DNA from: a virus
Lineage: Duplodnaviria > Caudoviricetes
Length of the DNA: 26,795 nt
IMG/VR virus record: IMGVR_UViG_3300025663_000012
Location: 1-26,795 of that record
Direction: 5' to 3' (one strand)
Within the stretch, counting starts at the first letter, position 1. Each line of letters begins with the position of its first letter. This document shows, piece after piece, positions 15,119 to 25,062 of this stretch. A program made the position numbers and the translations under genes. The notes under the pieces are model-generated. The model saw only the letters and a program-made list of their open reading frames with translations. It ran no database searches and was not told where the DNA came from.

Positions 15119-17647
15119 TCATGGGGTTGGAACTGCTTGCCCTGGTTTCCACCAGTGCTTTTGTTTATATTCTTTCTCGCGCCTTTTTTTACGGCTGTTC
15201 ATCTTATTTCTTTCATTCGGATTAACCTTAATCTGAGCCTGTTCAAACACACGCTCCCAGATGACTCTTGTTTGCCAGAGTGAGGATGCAATCGGTGTGC
15301 TGTTCTTCACCAAGTTCAATGTATCTGAGGCTACATCATCCAGTTCACCATCAAGTAAGTTAGCAACCGTTGACTGTCCAAATCCAATCAAATCACTCGC
15401 CTTGCCAACTGCCGGACCGGCTACTGTCACCGCTAACCCACCACCAAAACGACTCTGATCTGAGAAAAAGAAATCACCAAAGATACCCACACCACCCCCT
15501 TGCATAAAGGCCGCTAGTGCAAACTCTTTGCTGTCCATCTCTCTCGGTGTTCTGCCCCGGCTCATGTCTTTAGCTTGTAGTGCTAATGCTCCGAGTGCGG
15601 TTGTCGCTGCAACCATTGTTCCGGCATAGGCTAATCGACCGCCTTTAGCTATTCGCATCGAGCGACCCATGTGCGTAAGCATCAAAGTCACTGGAAAGGA
15701 TTTGAACATGGTTAATGTCCTGGCTGCTTCACCCCAAAAAGTACCTGTACCGAGTCCTCCTGAGAGTGCTGCCCTGGTTCTTGCATCAGGACTTGGTACA
15801 GCGAAATCACGCTCTGTTAGGACCATCGCTTGAAACTTGTCGATCAGTGCATTTTGCTCCCGGATACTTTCTTCAAGTGCGGCCACTTCTTCATTCAGTT
15901 TCTTCCGCGCCTTTTTATCCAGGTCTTTATCAAATAAGCGCTGCTGCATTTCTTCCAGGCCATCAGACAATGGATTGTTGCGTAACTGATTGGGGTCAAA
16001 GTATTTCACCGTCACATTACTGGCGCGAATAAACTGCACATCTGCGTTGCTAATATCGTGCGTTGGTAGTTGTCGCATTAACTCCCAATCCTCCGGGGTG
16101 ATGCCATACTCTTTGAATGTGAGTTTCAAACTGCTATCGAGTCGATCCCATCGTTGTCCTACGGCTGCACCAATCGCACCCATGAACTCTAGGTTAAACG
16201 TATTCTGTTGCATATCTGTCCAGGCATTAAGGCCCGACAGTTTAAAGGTGAAATCTGCCCATTTCGCTGACATTTCATTTGATTTGCCAGCAATATCGGT
16301 AAACCGGTTGCCACCCATAGCCATATTGGACCAAGCACCCTGGGTTAATCCTAACCGCAAGGCTAGTTTCTTCTTCTCTGTGGCTGTTTTACCACCGGCC
16401 ATGAACGATGAAACCACCCCCTCTACTGAGGTCTTTGCACCTTTCATAAATCCCATGTGTCGTGCTGCGGTCATCGCTTGAAAAGCAATATCAGAGAGTG
16501 CCGACAACTGCGCTCCACCCAACATAATTGAACTCAGATAGTTGCGCGTTGATCGCATCGTGTTGGCCGCTCTTTCGCTGCCAGTGACCTGACCACCACT
16601 GACAATGCGGAATACCGCATCTAAGGTGCTATTACCAGCCTTATGACCACCCTTATTCATGATCTCATCTTGCTGCACCAGGTACTTGAGTTGTTCATAA
16701 GTATGCCCTGGATTACTGCCGAATACTTCCATCAGTGCAATTTCTTGTGACATTCCGTCAATATGGTCATTGATCGTTAATAGAATATCTTTCTCACCAA
16801 ACCGGTTGTTATATTCAATCCAATCCTCCGGTGATTTAAAGTGTAGGCTCCGATGGTCTTGGTGTCGGTTGCCGACCTTACTACTGTTCCCTGAGTTCTT
16901 GGTTTTGTTGAATCCATCTGTCCTGACAGTTTCATAGGTTTTATCTAAAAACGCCTCTGGGTCATCTAGCGTTTTACCGTTAAACTCTAACTGCTCGGCT
17001 TGCATACGCTCCCAATCTAAACGATCCCGGATAAAATCTTTCCACCCATCCGGTCCAGCCTTGCGGATTAGTTCAGCATGATGGGATTGTGGTAACGCCC
17101 AATCACCCAGCTTGCTAATCTTGCCACCGGCCAGGTTAAACCGTCTGCGTAGTTCTTCAAATGCACCGGCTAGTGCTGTTGCATTGTTCTTGCTAGATGC
17201 TGCTCTCGTTCCGTCAAACTTGGATTCACCACCCAACAGAACGCGAACCATATCCTCCAAACCCTCTTTGTCCTGTTTCCAAATCGGAATGTAACCTTTC
17301 GACTTCAAACGATAGTCATCAAAGAAATCGTACAGGTCTTTAGTGACGGCCCCTTTGACGGCCTCGCCTAAGTTCTCAACATTCTGGAACCCAGCACTTT
17401 CACCCATGCGCTTGACCATCAAGGACATTAACGCCTCTCTAGCCGGGATATTCTTTTCGTTAGCGAATAGGGTTGTTTTTAGTTCATCGTAGCGATGTGC
17501 ATCTCTGGTGGTAATCTTGCGCTTGTAATCAATCTGACCCTTGATCTCACCCATCATTAGGCCCATGTCACCATCATGCTGCTTGCTTAGTATCTCAAAC
17601 TGCTCTAACTGTGCCGTAGTGAGTAGCGGTGTACACTTATTTGCCAT
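15119..17647 (-). CDS. Large internal virion / ejection protein
   Basis: 842 aa just upstream of the tail fibre. LPQSH, RSLHFKS...YNNRFG, FKSFP and GGGVGIFGDF motifs with hydrophobic C-terminal helices resemble podovirus DNA-transfer proteins. Confidence 0.8.
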   Translation of the reverse strand: MANKCTPLLTTAQLEQFEILSKQHDGDMGLMMGEIKGQIDYKRKITTRDAHRYDELKTTLFANEKNIPAREALMSLMVKRMGESAGFQNVENLGEAVKGAVTKDLYDFFDDYRLKSKGYIPIWKQDKEGLEDMVRVLLGGESKFDGTRAASSKNNATALAGAFEELRRRFNLAGGKISKLGDWALPQSHHAELIRKAGPDGWKDFIRDRLDWERMQAEQLEFNGKTLDDPEAFLDKTYETVRTDGFNKTKNSGNSSKVGNRHQDHRSLHFKSPEDWIEYNNRFGEKDILLTINDHIDGMSQEIALMEVFGSNPGHTYEQLKYLVQQDEIMNKGGHKAGNSTLDAVFRIVSGGQVTGSERAANTMRSTRNYLSSIMLGGAQLSALSDIAFQAMTAARHMGFMKGAKTSVEGVVSSFMAGGKTATEKKKLALRLGLTQGAWSNMAMGGNRFTDIAGKSNEMSAKWADFTFKLSGLNAWTDMQQNTFNLEFMGAIGAAVGQRWDRLDSSLKLTFKEYGITPEDWELMRQLPTHDISNADVQFIRASNVTVKYFDPNQLRNNPLSDGLEEMQQRLFDKDLDKKARKKLNEEVAALEESIREQNALIDKFQAMVLTERDFAVPSPDARTRAALSGGLGTGTFWGEAARTLTMFKSFPVTLMLTHMGRSMRIAKGGRLAYAGTMVAATTALGALALQAKDMSRGRTPREMDSKEFALAAFMQGGGVGIFGDFFFSDQSRFGGGLAVTVAGPAVGKASDLIGFGQSTVANLLDGELDDVASDTLNLVKNSTPIASSLWQTRVIWERVFEQAQIKVNPNERNKMNSRKKRREKEYKQKHWWKPGQAVPTP

Positions 17648-19469
17648 CAGCTAACCCCACCATACAAGTTTCAAAATCTTTCCAAAGTTGTTCCTCTGCA
17701 TCAAATTCTTCCATGACTTCTGCATAACTGCGTACTGTTGCGGTGATCTCACTGCCCTCAAGGATTGGAGTACCAGGTACCTCTAAATCTGCGTTGTATT
17801 TACCCTCTACTGGAGCAGCCTTAATGTTCTTAGCATCAAAGATGACGGTTTCATCACCGGCTTTTATTCCCTCATATCCGGCTGCTTGTGCTTTCTCTGT
17901 GAGGACCATCGCACCGTTGGGTCTAGTCCGAACATACTCAGCAAGTGACTCTTTACGGTCTACCAGCAAGCCGGGGAAATGCTCGTTTACATAGTCTGAA
18001 TAATGAACAAGTCCTCCAGTACGCACTTTATCCATTGTGCGTATGAAATGCTCTTTAAGGTCTTTGATTGCGTCTTCTTTGGTAAGTGGTGCATCCCTCA
18101 TGTTGTAGTTAGGCTCGAACTTATCCACATAGTCATACTCTGGATCAGTATCGCTACGCTGCACAGGATCACCAATCCGAGCAATAAACCCCTCGCTACC
18201 GTCTGAGTTATCCTTGAGCAAGAAATCCACGTTGTCATCTATGTACTCATTGACATCAGTGATTGCCTTTAGCGCCTGTTGGTGTTCTTCGTCCAGAGCG
18301 CCTATTTCGTCCAACCTCCTAGCGTAATTAATGAATCCCCAGGGTTCTTGATGGGTTGGACTTGTTGCATCCCCTATCAGATCAATGATGTTAGCGTTGG
18401 TCATCCATTCGCTTACATGAGGACCGTAATACTTGGCTTCACCTGTATTGTCAGTAAAATAATGACCAGCACCATAAAACCCAGCATCATTTGCCGAGCC
18501 AATCATATCGTCTTTAAACTCCGAAAATATGCTGTCTGATCCGTGATATAGGTTAGTGCGTGTAATCGGTCGGTCATCAAAGTGACCCATCTGACTCTCG
18601 GCCTCGGCCCTAGCATCCAATACTTCCTCAACCGAAACACCTTGCGCTTCACTTTCTTCGATAACCTTGGCTCGTTGCTCTAGTATCTGAGCCTCACCCT
18701 CTAAGCCATTCTCACGCGCTACTTTCGCAGCATGAGTCCAACCGAGTGCATCCCCGATAGCGTAACCCACACCGGACAATAAGCCTGTGCCAGCCATGAC
18801 CATTAAGGTTTCTTCGGCTGCATCCCAAACCGTCCAGGGTGATTCAATCTTTTCTTTCCATTGATACCGTGAAACCGATACCGGTACTTCTGCACCCCCG
18901 GCAATCGCAGCCTCTTTTGCTCCGACCTGTACCGCACGACCTAATGCTGCTTTGGCCGTAGTCGGACCAGCACCAAAAGGCAACGAATACATAAATAAAG
19001 GGTCTTTAACGTGAGCGCCCATCATACCTATAAAAGAACCCACCGTACCCATCACACCAGCACGATCATAAACATCCTGTGAGCGTTCTCGCAAAGCCTT
19101 TAACTCCGGCTTTTTGTCGGCAATCATCTGGCTATATGTTCTTAACCGGGTGTCATCAGGGTGCTGCTGCCTGAGTTTAATAATCAGGTCTTGTTCCGCA
19201 TCGAGGTCGCGCAGATCAAGGTCAAATCCAGCCACCTCGTTGCCGTAGTTGGATAAGGTATCGAATCGTGCTTGCCCTGTATATTCGTGCAATGCGGTGT
19301 AAGCATTATTAACATCCTCCATCATCACAATAGATTCTGAGTTGCTTAGATTCTCATTGACCTCATGGTCATAAGCCACATCAATATTTTCAAAGAACCC
19401 GGTATCTTCACCTAGTTCTTTCTCTGAGTCGTAATCAAAGTTTAGTGCGGATTGATGGGTCCAACTCAT
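17637..19469 (-). CDS. Probable ejection protein carrying an ADP-ribosyltransferase-like domain
   Basis: N-terminal half has Gly/Ala-rich hydrophobic helices. C-terminal half has LYHGS...F..F...GFYGAGHYFTDN...AKYYG and GYEGIKAGDETVIFDAKNIK (ART-PolyVal-like). Confidence 0.75.
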   Translation of the reverse strand: MSWTHQSALNFDYDSEKELGEDTGFFENIDVAYDHEVNENLSNSESIVMMEDVNNAYTALHEYTGQARFDTLSNYGNEVAGFDLDLRDLDAEQDLIIKLRQQHPDDTRLRTYSQMIADKKPELKALRERSQDVYDRAGVMGTVGSFIGMMGAHVKDPLFMYSLPFGAGPTTAKAALGRAVQVGAKEAAIAGGAEVPVSVSRYQWKEKIESPWTVWDAAEETLMVMAGTGLLSGVGYAIGDALGWTHAAKVARENGLEGEAQILEQRAKVIEESEAQGVSVEEVLDARAEAESQMGHFDDRPITRTNLYHGSDSIFSEFKDDMIGSANDAGFYGAGHYFTDNTGEAKYYGPHVSEWMTNANIIDLIGDATSPTHQEPWGFINYARRLDEIGALDEEHQQALKAITDVNEYIDDNVDFLLKDNSDGSEGFIARIGDPVQRSDTDPEYDYVDKFEPNYNMRDAPLTKEDAIKDLKEHFIRTMDKVRTGGLVHYSDYVNEHFPGLLVDRKESLAEYVRTRPNGAMVLTEKAQAAGYEGIKAGDETVIFDAKNIKAAPVEGKYNADLEVPGTPILEGSEITATVRSYAEVMEEFDAEEQLWKDFETCMVGLADGK

Positions 19470-21589
19470 AGATTAGCGTCCAGGATAAAGGGCAAAGGAT
19501 TACCCTTATCGTCTTTGTAAATACTATTAATTCCAATAGCAATGCCACTTCGCCCGATTGTCTTAACGTAGTATCGACCCGGACCCTCTGGAACTAATAC
19601 ACTGTTAGCCAACCTTTCTTTTTTAGCGGCAAGGGTGTTTGTTGGTAGGCTCATGCCCTCCACAGCGCTGTTCGGTGGATTGTCGAGGAACTCTTGAAAG
19701 GACTTTTCATCTCTACCTTTCGGTAACACCACTTTATAACTTCCCATCATACCGATGCCCCAGGTCATTACGCTGCCCTCATAGATGCCACCAGTGACCT
19801 GTGTGATTGCTGTGTTAAGCATATCTTCATCAATATACTTGGCGTTGTTCTCATCAATCGGGTCGTTCTGTACTCTCAGCGATATAAGTGCCTGAACTGC
19901 TTGCGTGTATGCAGCAGTCGCAACCATGTTGTCACCATAAGCACCACCAATAGCCGCCCTCACCACACCCTCAAGACCGGTAATCTTCGGTTGAGTTTGC
20001 TGCATACTCATACCGCGCAAGATACTCTGGGATGTTACCTTGCCTGTTTCGGTGTGTGCTAAGTCACCAATGACCGCATAAATCCCTGATTGCTTATCTT
20101 CTGCAATGTCTTGCCAGACTTCCATCGAGCGATCACCGAACAGATCATTAACGCTGGTTATCCGATCCATCATGCCTTTATAATCTGCATCTTCTTGGTT
20201 CAGCATGAGATTTAATCCTCTACTGATCTCACCGGCCTCGCCTGGTGTCACCAATGGAATGATACGATCCAGAGTCTTTTCATATTGTGCGACTCGCTCA
20301 ATCCTTGCCGAAATAGCCTGTTCATCTGGTTTAGAGAGATCAATCGGTTGGAACTCTTGACCAAAGAAATCATCAAGGAATTGCACCCCTTGATCTTTCA
20401 ATGCAGAGTCAAAGTTAGCAGCAGCCTTGTTGTAGATGTCTTGCTCTACGAGTGGCAACTTATTTAATGTGTCAATCCTCTCACTTGAGGATGCTGTCAC
20501 ATATTCATGAATTAACGGTTGGCGTTGAATCGCATCAAGGTATTTTTTCTGTTCTGCCTCCGGTAACAATTCAAGACTCTCAGTAACCTGAGTTATCTCA
20601 CTCATATCCACCGGCTGACCGTTATTTAATTCGTTGGTCACTGTTTTTGCTTGAGTCTTTGCTGATGCAACCAGTTGCTTGTTCTGACCTTTCTCCAACA
20701 GAGCCTTGTTTCTTCTGAAACTCGCCTCTTGGTTACGCAGAGAAATCATCTTGGCGAGCATTTCCTGTTTACTCATCCCTAACTCTTTGTCACCTACCTC
20801 AGAGTTTCGGAACTTATCAATCTCTGCCTGACCTTTCTCTAAACCATCTGGCTGGCTAAGTGTTCGCGACAAAGCACCGAGGAACATATTGCTGTGATTC
20901 TGGTTGGTGATCTTGGCTATCAGTTTGATTGAGTCGGCTTCACTGATGACCGGTTGACTGCCATCAGATGGGTTGGCATATTCTTCGATCTCTCCTTTCA
21001 GGCTATTAAACAAATGAGCCGCTTTTTCGTCATTACCCTCAAATGACGCATCTTTCAACTCAGTTAATCGTGTCTCTATACCGACCAACACCTCTGCAAC
21101 ATTAGCCTCAAAGTCGGCCTGTTGTTTGCCAGTGATTGCTTTCGATAGATTGTTTTTGTAGTAGGCTTGCTGAACTCCTGACCATGTTTGATAAAGTTCT
21201 GGGTCTAGGGTATCGCGCATCCCCTTATCCCATGCCTTGAAAGCATTAGCCATGCCCTCCGGGTCGTTCTTGTATTCATCACGCAACCGAGCAGATTCTT
21301 TAATGATGTCCACTTCGCTGCTGTTCTTGTAAGCTGCTATTGCGGCCTTATCATAAACGTTGTCGTAAGTCGTAAAGCCTTTCTTCAATGACGGCTTCCC
21401 TGACTGCCCAGCCATCATGCCAGCAATGGTTGCCTCTTTCGTGACCTCTTTCTCTAGGTGCTTAAAAGCCATGTCACCGATCTTACTGCTAATCTGCCCG
21501 ACTTGTTGCCATTGGCGCTGTACTTGATTACTGGCCACATCGACAGAGTTGCCAAAGTTGAGTATTGTCTTTTGCTGATAACGTGCCAT
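19466..21589 (-). CDS. Internal virion / ejection protein
   Basis: 707-aa helical protein in the ejection-gene block; MARYQ N-terminus; ATGA coupling to the next gene. Confidence 0.7.
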   Translation of the reverse strand: MARYQQKTILNFGNSVDVASNQVQRQWQQVGQISSKIGDMAFKHLEKEVTKEATIAGMMAGQSGKPSLKKGFTTYDNVYDKAAIAAYKNSSEVDIIKESARLRDEYKNDPEGMANAFKAWDKGMRDTLDPELYQTWSGVQQAYYKNNLSKAITGKQQADFEANVAEVLVGIETRLTELKDASFEGNDEKAAHLFNSLKGEIEEYANPSDGSQPVISEADSIKLIAKITNQNHSNMFLGALSRTLSQPDGLEKGQAEIDKFRNSEVGDKELGMSKQEMLAKMISLRNQEASFRRNKALLEKGQNKQLVASAKTQAKTVTNELNNGQPVDMSEITQVTESLELLPEAEQKKYLDAIQRQPLIHEYVTASSSERIDTLNKLPLVEQDIYNKAAANFDSALKDQGVQFLDDFFGQEFQPIDLSKPDEQAISARIERVAQYEKTLDRIIPLVTPGEAGEISRGLNLMLNQEDADYKGMMDRITSVNDLFGDRSMEVWQDIAEDKQSGIYAVIGDLAHTETGKVTSQSILRGMSMQQTQPKITGLEGVVRAAIGGAYGDNMVATAAYTQAVQALISLRVQNDPIDENNAKYIDEDMLNTAITQVTGGIYEGSVMTWGIGMMGSYKVVLPKGRDEKSFQEFLDNPPNSAVEGMSLPTNTLAAKKERLANSVLVPEGPGRYYVKTIGRSGIAIGINSIYKDDKGNPLPFILDANL

Positions 21590-21591
21590 TA

Positions 21592-22089
21592 CTATTTCCC
21601 GAATACTTGACTGTAGGATGGGGAGTTGACTGACCGAACAGATGGTTTTGTTGAGCCAGCACTACCAGCACCCAACGATGCAAGGCTCCCGATTGCACTG
21701 ATCCCTGTTGCAGCAGCACCTAAATAACCAGCGTTCTTAGCAACTTGGCCACCGTATAACATCCATGCTTTGTTTGTGTCTGTTGTGCCGCGATCCATAC
21801 TGGCATCGTAAGCGTAATTGCCCATGTCAGATTTCAACATATTCAACTGTGAACCCTCATAGGCCCGAACTCCACCGGCTGCACTCATTGCATTCTGTGA
21901 TGCCATCGCTTTGAGTAGTTGCTTTCGCCTGGTTATCTCTCGATCTTTGGCTGCAAATTCTTCTTGATCTGCCTTGGTTTTTGCTGCATTGTCAGCAGCT
22001 TCACCCTGGGCAACTGCTGAGTAAATACTAACGCCAGTACTAGCCACAGTAGTTACAACCAGCGCCACCGCAACGTATGCAAAACTCAT
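21592..22089 (-). CDS. Small internal virion protein (T7 gp14 position)
   Basis: Hydrophobic N-terminus, central QNAMSAAGGV...GS motif and a Gly/Ala-rich C-terminus. Confidence 0.7.
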   Translation of the reverse strand: MSFAYVAVALVVTTVASTGVSIYSAVAQGEAADNAAKTKADQEEFAAKDREITRRKQLLKAMASQNAMSAAGGVRAYEGSQLNMLKSDMGNYAYDASMDRGTTDTNKAWMLYGGQVAKNAGYLGAAATGISAIGSLASLGAGSAGSTKPSVRSVNSPSYSQVFGK

Positions 22090-22508
22090 TTCACCACCTC
22101 TAATGTTTTCTTTTTCATTACTTCAATCTCCGGTCTACCAGGTTCAACCAACTCATCGACTGCTTGCTCTGGGTCGGTTGCATCGGTTGCGTGAACAGTC
22201 ACCCAAACGCTATCAGTGTGCGAATAAACAGCGCGTTTAGTACCCTTACTCGCTTTGATAATCTTCGGAGCAGTTAAGGTTTGCATACCGTCATCGGTTA
22301 GCACCGATATAGTTCCTTGCATCAAAAAACTCAAGTGGTCTTTCTTATGAACTTTACCGGTTGCAGCAACGCCAGCCGGGATAAAGATCGCTCGACCATA
22401 CAATCCATCACTAAAATAATGGTCCACTTCTAAATCAATCTGTGGTTGCTGGGCCATCAATTCTTCTAGCGCCTCAACATCATCCCTAGTGGTTGCAATC
22501 TCGGTCAT
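22086..22508 (-). CDS. Cupin-fold protein
   Basis: HYFSDGLYGRAIFIPAG....GKVHKKDH......G.I.V...APKII.ASKGTKRAVY.HTDSVWVTVH double-stranded beta-helix pattern. Confidence 0.75.
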   Translation of the reverse strand: MTEIATTRDDVEALEELMAQQPQIDLEVDHYFSDGLYGRAIFIPAGVAATGKVHKKDHLSFLMQGTISVLTDDGMQTLTAPKIIKASKGTKRAVYSHTDSVWVTVHATDATDPEQAVDELVEPGRPEIEVMKKKTLEVVK

Positions 22509-24436
22509 GCTTCAACCTCTAATGACAATCCCATTAACAACATCGGCAAGGGGTCTTTCTGACTAATTGTTATTTGTGCTAATTCGGTCCAACCCATCTT
22601 TGAAATCTCTTTAATGCCGGTATAGGGTGTTATCACTGCATCTAAAGCATCACCCAAAAGTCGGTCAGGTAGTAACTCGTCATCAACATAAACACCAAGT
22701 GATCCGTGTAAATTGAGAATCGCCCGGACAATGCGTTTTTTCCGCATTAGAATCGGACCGTTCTGAAAATCCATGTTCAATGGCATGGTCTTAACCACCA
22801 CATCATAATCAAGACCAACCTCAACATTAACTGCGGTGCGGTCAATAGTAATTGAGCCTGATGCCGGTGTTGCATTGTCCAGCACTGAACCATCAGCCTT
22901 AACCCGGCAAACTTCACCGTTAAGATGCGCTAGTCCGGTCACTGTTGAACTGTTAGCCGTAATGGTTACGCTGCAATCGGTGTACTCACTGGTTGAAACT
23001 TTCTCCAGGAATCGTGTTGCTACGCCATTGATCGTTCTGCTGACTACAAAATAGACTTCATCAGCATCAATCACGGTCACTGCTTCAATGGTTCCGGCAG
23101 TCACCCACTGAGTCCATGCTGAAACTTCTTGATGCCGCAGCATATTGAATACGGCCATTGTGCCGTCAGCGTTAACCAGTAGAATGTAATTAGCAGTATC
23201 ACCAGTACCACGATAGAGCGCCATGTCTACCGGGGCATTAATCAAGTGACTCGCCAACAGTGATGCGTTTGTGCTGGTATAACTGTCCTCGGTGTAGCTA
23301 AATACAAACTCCCTGACAGCCTCTTTAGTTTTGTCCAGGAATAAGGTTGCCCCATCAATCGACACTGGCCTGAGATTCGATGAGCCGTACTGCGTTTGTC
23401 TTTTAACTGCTATCTTTTCCGGTGTGACAGGTGAACCATCCACCATAAATTCACCACCGGTTGTGAATATCTGTAAGTGCCGCCCGGCATAGAGTGCCGT
23501 GATAGCGTTAACCTGATCGGTGTCCAACGTGATTGCAATTGATTCATCGTCTAACCCCGACCCCTGATTGAATGAGTAAAAGTCGTTAGTGACCGAACCC
23601 CAAACGGTCTGTGGTCTTTTTGTTGACCCACCAAACCAAAGTCGGGCCTGATAGAAAGTGGCGTGTTTCGGCCATCCTCTGACAGTGGACCAGACCGGTT
23701 CCGCAACCATCGCATCACCGGCTAAAACATTGCCCTCAGTAGGACTACTAGCCGCATCTTCTAACCAGGTGTCTAAAACTTTGATCGTTGCACTGGTGCT
23801 GCTGGCTACTGCGGTGATTCTGCCTACCCCTCGCTCACCGGCCGCCCAGGCATCGAATATGCCACCAACGTGCTTGGCTTCAAATATTGCAGCAGATGCC
23901 GTCAGTGTGATTGATTCGTGCATCTTGTGTCGATTCGCACCGAGTTCAAAAGTTAGCGTTGAATAGTCATCATCGAAATCGAACCCTGGCAAGTCTTTAA
24001 AGGTGATGTCGCTCAGTGTCCAGTTTGTATGCGTGGACCCTCTGACTAACTTAGCCGGTGGATGAGATTCATGGCAGATAATCATCGTATCTGCTGATTG
24101 GGTCCATCCCAACTCAAATAGTTGTGCAGTGGTATAAGTGGTGGTGACAGTTGCCTGACTGACTCCATCTTTGTAGATTTCGATCTGATTGTTACTGAAA
24201 GCAATCAGGTAGGTTTGTTCTGTGTTGAAACTGAAACTGGCTAATCGTGTTTCTGAGGATAAGGTATCCAGATACACCATGCCGGGCCGTCTTGATACGC
24301 CACCTTGTGGAGTGGATAAGACATTCTTCGCGGTCGCTGCACCTTGATAATACTGCTTAACATCAACCCTTGCGGCTAACCTGGGATCAAGTTCCCCGGA
24401 GTTAAATGTTGTCTGTAATTTTATTGCTCTCGGCAT
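22505..24436 (-). CDS. Tail nozzle (T7 gp12 / tail tubular protein B-like)
   Basis: FNSGELDP...QGGVSRRPG N-terminus, QSAD and GWP..ATFYQARLWFGG motifs; follows the adaptor gene. Confidence 0.9.
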   Translation of the reverse strand: MPRAIKLQTTFNSGELDPRLAARVDVKQYYQGAATAKNVLSTPQGGVSRRPGMVYLDTLSSETRLASFSFNTEQTYLIAFSNNQIEIYKDGVSQATVTTTYTTAQLFELGWTQSADTMIICHESHPPAKLVRGSTHTNWTLSDITFKDLPGFDFDDDYSTLTFELGANRHKMHESITLTASAAIFEAKHVGGIFDAWAAGERGVGRITAVASSTSATIKVLDTWLEDAASSPTEGNVLAGDAMVAEPVWSTVRGWPKHATFYQARLWFGGSTKRPQTVWGSVTNDFYSFNQGSGLDDESIAITLDTDQVNAITALYAGRHLQIFTTGGEFMVDGSPVTPEKIAVKRQTQYGSSNLRPVSIDGATLFLDKTKEAVREFVFSYTEDSYTSTNASLLASHLINAPVDMALYRGTGDTANYILLVNADGTMAVFNMLRHQEVSAWTQWVTAGTIEAVTVIDADEVYFVVSRTINGVATRFLEKVSTSEYTDCSVTITANSSTVTGLAHLNGEVCRVKADGSVLDNATPASGSITIDRTAVNVEVGLDYDVVVKTMPLNMDFQNGPILMRKKRIVRAILNLHGSLGVYVDDELLPDRLLGDALDAVITPYTGIKEISKMGWTELAQITISQKDPLPMLLMGLSLEVEA

Positions 24437-24984
24437 TATCTTGCTGCCCAGAGTTGGTTATCTGCTACGGCATCAGGCGGTCGTGAACTCGCATCAGCAA
24501 ACTTGGCTTGCCGCATTTGAGCCTCATAAAATTGTGCGTAAAGTTGTCCTTTAGCGCTGTTGTCTGTCACTGGTACAGCGAACTGTGCAGCCAGATACAT
24601 TTCCATCAACTTAACGAAATAAGCCGGTAGTGCCGTTTCTGCTGGTTTAAAAATATAGTCCAGTGCTAGAGATTGTTGGTCAGAGTAGATTTTATCCCCG
24701 AATATTTCATAATCTGATTGCGGTATGACCCGGTTCGCAACCATGTAATCAGCCGGTAACTGATAGGCATATTTGAAGTCATTGATCGGTGTCGCTGTCA
24801 GTCGCGACAGTGTGACTTTGCCACTAGCAAAACGCCAACGATGCAGACTTAAAAGGTTTTCGTAACTGGATTGGTATAGGTTTGATGCGACTAAAGCGCC
24901 AGCACCACCCTCGGTAAAACTGGATATGGTTCCATGCCCGATTAAGAGCAGCGCATTGGAACACATTGATATATCTGTTGCCAT
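24436..24984 (-). CDS. Tail adaptor (T7 gp11 / tail tubular protein A-like)
   Basis: CSNALLLIG...ISSF...HRWRFA...YAYQLPADY motifs. Confidence 0.9.
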   Translation of the reverse strand: MATDISMCSNALLLIGHGTISSFTEGGAGALVASNLYQSSYENLLSLHRWRFASGKVTLSRLTATPINDFKYAYQLPADYMVANRVIPQSDYEIFGDKIYSDQQSLALDYIFKPAETALPAYFVKLMEMYLAAQFAVPVTDNSAKGQLYAQFYEAQMRQAKFADASSRPPDAVADNQLWAAR

Positions 24985-25001
24985 TCTTGGCTCCTAAGAG
25001 C

Positions 25002-25048
25002 GGACCAACCACCACATCCGGAAAGTGGGGTAAATGCAGTGGCGGTCC
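25002..25048 (-). terminator. Long hairpin downstream of the capsid gene (terminator, stabiliser or processing site)
   Basis: Minus strand GGACC-GCCAC-TGCAT pairs with ATGTG-GTGGT-(T)GGTCC using G-U pairs; no U tract. Confidence 0.45.
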
Positions 25049-25062
25049 TAAAGGTTACTTGC

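Noticed and set aside
15045-23966. Plus-strand ORFs within the late genes (e.g. 15715-16032, 15990-16481, 23658-23966)
   Set aside because: Antisense to long, well-supported structural genes and with no recognisable motifs.
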